From assembly GCA_018824145.1 (NCBI GenBank), contig JAHJHC010000088.1:2696-66695 (forward strand): a DNA stretch of 64,000 nt. The letters run 5' to 3'. Under the pieces are notes generated by a model. The model had not been told where the DNA came from and did no database searches. It saw only the letters and a program-made list of their open reading frames with translations. The translations under genes and the position numbers were made by a program. Of the stretch, positions 56,794 through 64,000 are shown piece after piece; positions within the stretch are counted from its first letter, which is position 1, and every line of letters begins with the position of its first letter. The DNA is from Candidatus Omnitrophota bacterium. GTDB lineage: Bacteria; Omnitrophota; Gorgyraeia; Gorgyraeales; Gorgyraeaceae.

Positions 56794-59367
56794 ATGAAGG
56801 TTGATGAGATACGGGATAGGTTTTTGGGGTTTTTTGAGAAGTATGGGCATCGGGTTTATCCTAGTGATTCGCTTGTGCCCGGGAAGGATCCTACACTTCT
56901 TTTTACGGGTGCTGGGATGAATCAGTTTAAGGATGAGTTTTTGGGTAGGGTGACTGGGGCTAGGAGGGCAGCTACTTGTCAAAAGTGCATAAGGACCGGA
57001 GATCTTGAAAATGTCGGCAGGACGCCGGACCATCATACGTTTTTTGAGATGCTTGGGAATTTTTCTTTCGGGGATTATTTTAAGAAAGAGGCGATTTTGT
57101 GGGCGTGGGAGTTTCTTACGGAAGAATTGGCCTTGAAAGAAAAGGATTTGTGGGTGTCTGTGTATACAGATGATGTTGAGGCGTATAATATTTGGAAGGA
57201 TATTATCAAAGTCCATGTAGAAAAAATATTGAAGCTTGGCGCAAAGGAGAATTTTTGGCCTTCAAATGCGCCTAGTGACGGGCCGAATGGGCCGTGTGGG
57301 CCGTGTTCAGAGATCTTTTATGGCGGGGCTGATGGGGTCGAGGTGTGGAATCTTGTGTTTACACAGTTTGATAGGAAGGGTGGGGGAGAACTGGCAGCTT
57401 TACCGAGTAAGAATATAGATACTGGGATGGGGCTTGAGAGGATTGCAAGGGTTATGCAGGGTAAGGAGACAAACTTTGAGATAGATTCGTTTGAGCCGAT
57501 AGTTAGTGAAATAAAAAAATATGCGGGAAGAAGTCAGAAGATTAATACTATTAATGCTATTAGTGACCATATACGCGCAGTTACATTTGCGATCGGGGAC
57601 GGGGTCTTGCCGTCCAATGAGGAAAGAGGTTATGTTATCCGTAAGTTGATCCGCAGGGCGTTCTGGTATGGAAGGGTCATTGGTACAGGAGGTCAGCCGT
57701 TTTTGTATAAAGTAGTGCCTATCGTCGCTAAAGTAATGAAAAGGCCTTATCCGGAGATTACAAAGCAAAGAGAGGATATTGCCCAGGTAGTCCTTGCAGA
57801 GGAAGAGAGGTTTAGAAATACTATTGAGGAAGGCCTTGAGAAGTTAAACCAGATGATCGGTGATGCTAGATATAAAGGCATTCTTTCCGGAGAAGGTGTC
57901 TTTAAATTGTATGATACGTATGGGTTTCCTTTGGAGTTGACTCAGGAGATTGCAACATCTAGTAATATAAAAGTGGACCTGAAAGGATTTGAAAAATGTA
58001 TGGCCGAGCAGCGTACTAAGTCACGCCAGAGTAGTAAGATAAAAGAGTCTATTTTTGATGCAATATCTCTTGAAGACAGGCTGGATATAGATAAGACCGG
58101 ATTTATAGAAGATAAAAAGGAGATGGATACCAGGGTTTTGAAGATAATAGTGGGAAACGAGGTGAAAGAAGAGATTAAAAAGAATGAAAAAGGGAATGTG
58201 TTTTTGAAAGAGACGAATTTCTACGGAGAGAAGGGCGGCCAGGTCGGTGATACAGGGGTGTTATTGAAGGGTGGCAAGGTGATAGCAGATGTCCTTAGTG
58301 CAATTGACACAGCAGGTGTAGTGCGGCATGAGGTCTTGGTAAAAGAGGGTGTTTTAAAGGCAGGGGATACTGTAGTAGCGCGGATAGATATAACTCGCAG
58401 AGAAAATATCATGAAGAATCATACTGCCACGCATCTTTTGCATAATGCTTTGAGGAAGGTATTGGGGCAGCATGTAAAACAGTCAGGGTCATTAGTTGCT
58501 TCTGACAGGTTGAGGTTTGATTTTACGCATTTTAAGGCGCTTACGGATGAGGAGCTCTCCAGGGTAGAGGGTCTTGTAAATGAATACATAAAGAATGATA
58601 GTTCAGTAGCGACTAAAGAGATTGCCTTTAATGAAGCCAGTGACGAGGGTGCAATAGCCATTTTCGGAGAGAAATACGGGGATAAGGTGAGGATGGTTTC
58701 CGTAGGAGATTATAGTAAGGAGTTATGCGGGGGTACACATGTAGAGAAGACCAGTGATATAGAAGTCTTTAAGATAATTTCAGAGTCTTCTATTGCAAGC
58801 GGTGTGAGGAGGATCGAGGCTGTTACAGCCGGAGAGGCGCATAAAAAGATTAAAGAGAATCAGGATTTGATTAAGGAGCTTGCGAGTTCTCTGGAAACTG
58901 CTCCTTGGGATATCCCTAAACAAATAGAAAAATTATCGGATATGCTTAAGAAAGCAGAGAGGAGATTAGATAGTATAAGTAATACACTTATTGCCTCTAG
59001 CATGGATAATATCCTGGATAACGCGAAAAAGGTAAAAGACTGCGAAGTTATTATCATGGAGTTGACAAATGTGGATATGGGTTTTTTGAGGAAGGCCAGT
59101 GATATAATAAAAAGCAGAATGAAAAAAGGTATTTTTGTATTATTATCCAGTAAGGATGAGAAGTTTTCTATTTGTTTGGGGATGAGTGAGGCGCTTAAAA
59201 AAGAAAAATTGGATGCAGTTAAGCTCTTGGATGAGATAGGCAGCAGTTTTGGTATAAAAGGCGGAGGCCGGCCTGACTTTGCGCAGGCAGGCGGGAAAGC
59301 AGGTATTGATATTAAGGGTATGTTGAAAAGGGCCCAGGAGATAGTTGTAAAAAATATTAAGGGGTAA
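56794..59367 (+). CDS. alaS: Alanine--tRNA ligase
   Basis: DPTLLFT.AGMNQFK, HHTFFEMLGNFSFGDYFK, DTGMGLER, HTATHLLH, ELCGGTH, GGGRPDFAQAGG. Confidence 0.98.
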   Translation: MKVDEIRDRFLGFFEKYGHRVYPSDSLVPGKDPTLLFTGAGMNQFKDEFLGRVTGARRAATCQKCIRTGDLENVGRTPDHHTFFEMLGNFSFGDYFKKEAILWAWEFLTEELALKEKDLWVSVYTDDVEAYNIWKDIIKVHVEKILKLGAKENFWPSNAPSDGPNGPCGPCSEIFYGGADGVEVWNLVFTQFDRKGGGELAALPSKNIDTGMGLERIARVMQGKETNFEIDSFEPIVSEIKKYAGRSQKINTINAISDHIRAVTFAIGDGVLPSNEERGYVIRKLIRRAFWYGRVIGTGGQPFLYKVVPIVAKVMKRPYPEITKQREDIAQVVLAEEERFRNTIEEGLEKLNQMIGDARYKGILSGEGVFKLYDTYGFPLELTQEIATSSNIKVDLKGFEKCMAEQRTKSRQSSKIKESIFDAISLEDRLDIDKTGFIEDKKEMDTRVLKIIVGNEVKEEIKKNEKGNVFLKETNFYGEKGGQVGDTGVLLKGGKVIADVLSAIDTAGVVRHEVLVKEGVLKAGDTVVARIDITRRENIMKNHTATHLLHNALRKVLGQHVKQSGSLVASDRLRFDFTHFKALTDEELSRVEGLVNEYIKNDSSVATKEIAFNEASDEGAIAIFGEKYGDKVRMVSVGDYSKELCGGTHVEKTSDIEVFKIISESSIASGVRRIEAVTAGEAHKKIKENQDLIKELASSLETAPWDIPKQIEKLSDMLKKAERRLDSISNTLIASSMDNILDNAKKVKDCEVIIMELTNVDMGFLRKASDIIKSRMKKGIFVLLSSKDEKFSICLGMSEALKKEKLDAVKLLDEIGSSFGIKGGGRPDFAQAGGKAGIDIKGMLKRAQEIVVKNIKG

Positions 59368-59370
59368 GAC

Positions 59371-60594
59371 ATGAAGATTCTAAGGTTATCGAGTAAAGAG
59401 ATACAGAATTTATGCGAGAGGTATTATTATCATAAAAAAAGGGTCCAGGAAAAGGTGCGTAAGATCGTGCAGGATGTGAGGGATGAAGGTGATAAGGCGC
59501 TTATTAGATATACCAGAAAGTTTGATAAGGTTAAGCTTATGCCTCGTGATTTAAAGGTGCCTGCAAATGAGATCAATGGTGCTTATCAAAATATAGATAC
59601 GGATTTTATATCAAACCTTAAGGCTATCATTGAAAATATACAAAAGTTCCACAAGAAACAATTGCCGAAGCCGTGGAAGATAAAACAAGAAGAAGGAGTG
59701 GAGTTGGGCGAGATATTCAGGCCTATTGATAGGGTAGGGATCTATGTGCCGGCTGGCACTGCGCCTTTGGTTTCAAGTGTTTATATGAGTGTTTTACCTG
59801 CGAAGATAGCTGGCGTGAAGAAGATAATCCTTGTTACGCCTCCATCTAGCTCCGGAAGGGTGGACTCGCATATACTTTCAGTAGCGAATCTTTTGAAGGT
59901 GGATGAGATTTATAGGGTAGGCGGTGCGCAGGCAATAGCAGCCCTGGCCTTTGGTACAAAGACTATTCCAAAGGTTGATAAGATAGTAGGGCCGGGTAAT
60001 GATTATGTAACTGAGGCTAAGCGTCAGGTCTATGGATATGTTGATATAGATATGCTGGCAGGGCCTAGTGAAGTGGTGATATTGGCCAATCAGTTTTCGG
60101 ATAAGGATTATGTAGTGCATGATCTCTTGGCACAGGCAGAACATCTTAAGGGCCTGGCAGTGGTGGTTACTACATCCAAGAAGTTTGCCAAGATGATCAA
60201 GAAGGAGATTGATAAGGGGTATGTTGTGCTCGCAAAGAATATTGAGCAGGCTGCCGAGATTATAAATAGGATTGCGCCTGAACATCTTGAGATACTTATA
60301 AGGAGGCCCACTAGAGTTTTGAAGCTGATAAATAATGCAGGCGCTATATTTATAGGGCCTTATTCACCTGTTTGTATAGGTGATTATGTTGCTGGACCAA
60401 GTCATGTATTGCCTACAGGAGGTACAGCTAGATTCTTTTCAGGCCTTGGCGTAAGGTCTTTTCTTAAAAGTACACATACTATTACGTATTCAAAGAAGGC
60501 ACTTGAGAAAGAAGGACCTGGCATTGAAAAAATGACAAAGATAGAAGGGCTCCAGAAGCATTTGGAGTCGTATAAGGTGAGGTTTTCCGCTTAG
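59371..60594 (+). CDS. hisD: Histidinol dehydrogenase
   Basis: GGAQAIAALAFGT, GPGN.YV, DMLAGPSE, APEHL, GDYVAGPSHVLPT. Confidence 0.95.
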   Translation: MKILRLSSKEIQNLCERYYYHKKRVQEKVRKIVQDVRDEGDKALIRYTRKFDKVKLMPRDLKVPANEINGAYQNIDTDFISNLKAIIENIQKFHKKQLPKPWKIKQEEGVELGEIFRPIDRVGIYVPAGTAPLVSSVYMSVLPAKIAGVKKIILVTPPSSSGRVDSHILSVANLLKVDEIYRVGGAQAIAALAFGTKTIPKVDKIVGPGNDYVTEAKRQVYGYVDIDMLAGPSEVVILANQFSDKDYVVHDLLAQAEHLKGLAVVVTTSKKFAKMIKKEIDKGYVVLAKNIEQAAEIINRIAPEHLEILIRRPTRVLKLINNAGAIFIGPYSPVCIGDYVAGPSHVLPTGGTARFFSGLGVRSFLKSTHTITYSKKALEKEGPGIEKMTKIEGLQKHLESYKVRFSA

Positions 60595-60600
60595 AAAGAT

Positions 60601-61248
60601 ATGAAGGTTATTGACTTAGGCATTACAGATTATTTAGAGGCTTATGAGATTCAGATGGGCCTGGTGAAAGAGGTTTCTGCAGGGATATCTGAAGATACAT
60701 TGCTTATTACAGAACACAGGCCTGTTATAACAATAGGCAGGAAAGGGTCGTGGGATAGTATTTTGAGATCAAAAGAAGAGCTTTTTTCCAGAGGCATAGA
60801 TGTTTTTAACATTGACAGAGGCGGAGATGTTACGTATCATAGCCCTGGTCAAATAGTCAGTTACCCTATTTTTAGATTAATAGATGAGGCCCGGGATATA
60901 CATAATTTTTTGGATTTTTTAGAGGCAGTTGGTAAGAGTTTTTTGATGCAATATGGTATTATTTCCGAGGACAGGCCTGGAGATAGGGGCCTGTGGGTTG
61001 AAGGGAAAAAGATCGGTTCGATAGGAATAGGCGTGAAAAAATGGGTTACATATCACGGCATAGCAATAAATATCGATCCGGACATGGCTCCTTTTTCATT
61101 TATTAAGCCCTGTGGCATGGAATCAGTGAAGGTGACTTCTTTAAGGGATGTGTTGTGCCGGGAAATAGACCTGGAAGATGCTAAAAGTAAACTCGAATTA
61201 TCGTTCAAAAAGGTTTCCTTATTGGCTTCGGCAGTCAGTTCGAACTGA
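60601..61248 (+). CDS. lipB: Octanoyltransferase
   Basis: EHRPVITIGR, DRGGDVTYHSPGQ, KIGSIG, HGIAIN, IKPCG. Confidence 0.95.
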   Translation: MKVIDLGITDYLEAYEIQMGLVKEVSAGISEDTLLITEHRPVITIGRKGSWDSILRSKEELFSRGIDVFNIDRGGDVTYHSPGQIVSYPIFRLIDEARDIHNFLDFLEAVGKSFLMQYGIISEDRPGDRGLWVEGKKIGSIGIGVKKWVTYHGIAINIDPDMAPFSFIKPCGMESVKVTSLRDVLCREIDLEDAKSKLELSFKKVSLLASAVSSN

Positions 61249-62056
61249 TGACGCTGTCAGAGACACTAAAGAGCTTATCCGTGATTTGCGGCTTAACACT
61301 GTATGCCAGAGTGCTCAATGCCCGAATATATACGACTGTTTTGCTAAGAAAAGATGCACGTTTTTGCTCTTAGGGAATCGTTGCACAAGAAATTGTAGGT
61401 TCTGTGCCGTTGAAAAGCGAAAGACACAAACTTTACAGGCACCGCAGAAAGAAGAACTTTTTAATATTAAAGAGGCAGTCAGAAGATTGGATTTACGCAA
61501 GGTGGTTATAACTTCTGTTACAAGAGATGATTTGAGTGACGGAGGTGCGGGACATTTTGCAGAGTGTATTGAGATTTTGAAAGGTCTTAGTGCGGGGTTA
61601 GACATAGAAGTCCTTGTGCCTGATTTTCTTGGAAAAAAGGAATCGATTGAAAAAGTCGTTTCTGGAGGGCCCAGGGGGTTTTCGCATAACGTAGAGACTG
61701 TCCCAAGGCTTTTTACCAGGGTCAGGCCAGAGGCAGAATATCAGAGATCCCTGGATGCCATAAGATATGCCAAAGAAATAGCGCCGTGGCTGATTACAAA
61801 GAGTGGCCTGATGGTAGGGCTTGGCGAAACAAGAAAAGAAGTTTATAATGTAATGAAGGATTTGAAAGAGTCGGGGTGTGATATAATTACAATCGGCCAG
61901 TACCTGATGCCAAACCCGCATTGTCTGGAGGTCGAGGAGTTTTTGCACCCTGATGAATTTGTACAATTTTCAAAATGGGCTCGGGAACTGGGGTTTGAAA
62001 AATTTAGTTGTAGCCCGTTTACGAGGTCGTCAAAGGAGGGAATATGGCAGAGTTGA
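61178..62056 (+). CDS. lipA: Lipoyl synthase
   Basis: TVCQSAQCPNIYDC, CTRNCRFC, HNVETV, RSS. Exact start uncertain. Confidence 0.95.
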   Translation: MLKVNSNYRSKRFPYWLRQSVRTDDAVRDTKELIRDLRLNTVCQSAQCPNIYDCFAKKRCTFLLLGNRCTRNCRFCAVEKRKTQTLQAPQKEELFNIKEAVRRLDLRKVVITSVTRDDLSDGGAGHFAECIEILKGLSAGLDIEVLVPDFLGKKESIEKVVSGGPRGFSHNVETVPRLFTRVRPEAEYQRSLDAIRYAKEIAPWLITKSGLMVGLGETRKEVYNVMKDLKESGCDIITIGQYLMPNPHCLEVEEFLHPDEFVQFSKWARELGFEKFSCSPFTRSSKEGIWQS

Positions 62057-62274
62057 AGTTACCTGAACTGGCAGAAGGTGTAAACGAGGCAGTTGTTTCC
62101 TTTTGGCATTTTAAAGAAGGTGACAGTGTTAAGGAAGGCGATGAAATAGTTGAGATGGCTACTGATAAGGCAGCGTTTAATGTCCCTTCGAAAGCCTCGG
62201 GGACGTTGAAAAAGATCATGGTAAATGAAGGTGATACTGTTAAGGTAGGACAGTCATTAGCTATTATAGAGTAA
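62044..62274 (+). CDS. Stand-alone lipoyl-domain protein
   Basis: LPELAEGV...W..KEGD.V...EMATDKA...G.L..I...EG..V.VG; 76 aa. Confidence 0.88.
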   Translation: MAELKLPELAEGVNEAVVSFWHFKEGDSVKEGDEIVEMATDKAAFNVPSKASGTLKKIMVNEGDTVKVGQSLAIIE

Positions 62275-62283
62275 GGGGGAGAT

Positions 62284-62769
62284 ATGAAAGAAATACTGGA
62301 AATTTTAGAAAAAGATGCACGGTTGACACCTGAGGAGATATCCAAAACCTTAAAGAAGAGTGTTGGCACAGTAAAAAAGGCCATTAAGAAATTTGAGAAA
62401 GACGGCGTTATACTTAAATATAAAACAATCATTAATAGGGAACTTGTCAGAGAGGAAACAAGTAGTGTTCGGGCCTTGATAGAGGTAAAGATCGCGCCAC
62501 AGAGAGGATATGGCTTTGATCATATAGCTGAAAGGATATATAGGTTCCAGGAGGTGGTGAGTTGTTATCTCCTTTCAGGCACGTATGATCTTTTATTGGT
62601 CGTGGAGGGAAGAGATATACATGCAGTAAGCAGTTTTGTTTCCGAGCGGCTGGCTACCCTTGATAATGTGAGGGGTACTGTTACGCATTTTCTTTTGAAA
62701 AAATATAAAGAAGACGGGGATATATTAAAACGGGCAGAACGCGATAAACGTATAGCTATATCGTTTTGA
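62284..62769 (+). CDS. Lrp/AsnC family transcriptional regulator
   Basis: ILEKDARLT...HTH; YLLSGTYDL; THFLLKKYK. Confidence 0.92.
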   Translation: MKEILEILEKDARLTPEEISKTLKKSVGTVKKAIKKFEKDGVILKYKTIINRELVREETSSVRALIEVKIAPQRGYGFDHIAERIYRFQEVVSCYLLSGTYDLLLVVEGRDIHAVSSFVSERLATLDNVRGTVTHFLLKKYKEDGDILKRAERDKRIAISF

Positions 62770-62784
62770 AGAGGATAAAAGAAA

Positions 62785-63939
62785 ATGAAGATTTCTAAAA
62801 AAGTACGCGAAATCCCGCCTTCAGGGATAAGAGAATTTTTCGAGCTTGTTATAGGGATGAAGGATGTTATATCCCTTGGTGTGGGGGAGCCGGATTTCGT
62901 TACACCTTGGAATATTTGCGAGGCTAGTATATTTTCTATTGAAAAGGGGTATACCTCGTATACATCCAATAAAGGTCTTTACGAGTTAAGGTCGCAGATT
63001 TCCAGATTTTTAAAGGCCAAACATAACCTAAACTATGACCCTGAAGAGGAGATACTTATTACTACGGGTGTGAGTGAGGCCTTAGACCTTGCTTTGAGGG
63101 CGCTTATAAATCCAAGGGATAAAGTCTTAGTGCCGAATCCTTATTATGTATCGTATTATCCTGTTGCGTTTTTAGCGGGTGGTGTTCCTATATTTGTTAA
63201 TACAAAAGACACGGCTTTTAAACTGACGCCGTCTATAGTGGAGAGATATGTGTCGAAGGGGGTAATGGCGATTCTCTTAAACTACCCTACTAATCCTACG
63301 GGTGTGTCTTATTCGAAAAAAGAGCTCTTGGAACTATCGAAGGTTTTTATAAAGAATAATTTGATTGTTATTAGTGATGAGATCTATGATGAGCTGACCT
63401 ATGATTTTTCACATACGCCGATCAGTTCTTTAAAGAGCATGAAAGAGAGGACTGTCTACCTGAATGGTTTTTCTAAAAGTTTTGCAATGACAGGGTGGAG
63501 GGTAGGGTTTGCATGCGGGCCGAGAGAGATTATAAGCGCAATGACTAAGATACATCAATACACTATGTTATGTGCTCCTATAATGGGGCAAATAGGAGCA
63601 ATAGAGGCATTAAGAGGATCAAACCGTTATGTAATGGAAATGAAGCGTGAGTATAAAAGAAGGCGCGAGTTTATAGTGGAGAGACTGAATGAAATAGGGC
63701 TCCTGTGCCCTAAGCCGGACGGCGCTTTTTATGTATTTCCTTCCATAGAAAATACAGGCATGGACTCCTTAGAGTTTGCAAAAAAACTGTTAAAGAAAGA
63801 AAAAGTGGCAGTTGTCCCCGGGACCGCATTTGGTTCGCAGGGGAAAGGTCATATACGGATCTCTTACGCATCTTGCATGTCGGATTTAAAAGAGGCATGT
63901 GTAAGGATAGAGAGGTTTCTTAAGGCAAGAAATGGCTGA
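62785..63939 (+). CDS. PLP-dependent class I aminotransferase (YugH/AlaT-like)
   Basis: SLGVGEPDF, NYPTNPTG, SDEIY, GFSKSFAMTGWRVG. Confidence 0.93.
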   Translation: MKISKKVREIPPSGIREFFELVIGMKDVISLGVGEPDFVTPWNICEASIFSIEKGYTSYTSNKGLYELRSQISRFLKAKHNLNYDPEEEILITTGVSEALDLALRALINPRDKVLVPNPYYVSYYPVAFLAGGVPIFVNTKDTAFKLTPSIVERYVSKGVMAILLNYPTNPTGVSYSKKELLELSKVFIKNNLIVISDEIYDELTYDFSHTPISSLKSMKERTVYLNGFSKSFAMTGWRVGFACGPREIISAMTKIHQYTMLCAPIMGQIGAIEALRGSNRYVMEMKREYKRRREFIVERLNEIGLLCPKPDGAFYVFPSIENTGMDSLEFAKKLLKKEKVAVVPGTAFGSQGKGHIRISYASCMSDLKEACVRIERFLKARNG

Positions 63940-64000
63940 AGTTAAGAGAGTACTATTAATGTATATAACATTGAATTCCGGGCACCATCGTGCCAGTTCG
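63932..64000 (+). CDS. 5' end of a probable MGDG-synthase/UgtP-like glycosyltransferase (truncated by window edge)
   Basis: MAEVKRVLLMYITLNSGHHRAS; only 23 codons visible. Confidence 0.5.
   Translation, partial: MAEVKRVLLMYITLNSGHHRASS

Noticed and set aside
237-63898. Numerous 60-230 aa antisense and alternate-frame ORFs in the track (e.g. 42512-43207, 47671-48189, 58860-59372)
   Set aside because: They are shadows of well-supported genes on the opposite strand or frame and have no recognisable motifs.
1-64000. CRISPR array, tRNA/rRNA, integrase or transposase
   Set aside because: No regularly spaced direct repeats, cloverleafs or recombinase motifs were recognised by eye; a covariance-model scan would be needed to exclude small RNAs.

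Overview
Bacterial chromosomal window in two parts; gene content and repeat style suggest a PVC-group anaerobe such as Ca. Omnitrophota (inference only). Bases 1 to ~41.9 kb are an AT-rich accessory locus, almost all on the + strand. It opens with a radical-SAM array (1-17.8 kb, 11 rSAM domains, 7 of them cobalamin-type), including a triple rSAM/SPASM protein with a CBM-like insert, a SPASM-rSAM::B12-rSAM fusion and a membrane-anchored tandem B12-rSAM. Glycosyltransferases (GT2, GT4, three GT-C), AsnB, an ABC-2 exporter and an O-antigen-ligase-like gene follow. Embedded at ~29.8-38.5 kb is a RiPP-type cassette: nucleotidyltransferase, U32-family/TPR protein, HprK-like kinase, RRE-rSAM/SPASM, GT4, stand-alone PqqD/RRE, a second rSAM/SPASM and an S24/S26 peptidase. 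It includes a 54-aa precursor peptide missing from the ORF track (37788-37952; KKKYEAPCL leader, Cys-rich core). Several decayed duplicates (GT2, S26, ABC ATPase, GT9) flank it. Bases ~41.9-64 kb are housekeeping: rpsO, pnp, uppP, ftsK, rodZ-like, rimO, pgsA, pgpA, thpR and cinA (reverse strand), recA, htrA, alaS, hisD, lipB, lipA, a lipoyl-domain protein, an Lrp regulator and an aminotransferase. REP-like palindromes are scattered through the window, some in frame inside genes. No rRNA, tRNA, CRISPR array or transposase was recognised. All family assignments come from motif recognition by eye, not database searches.
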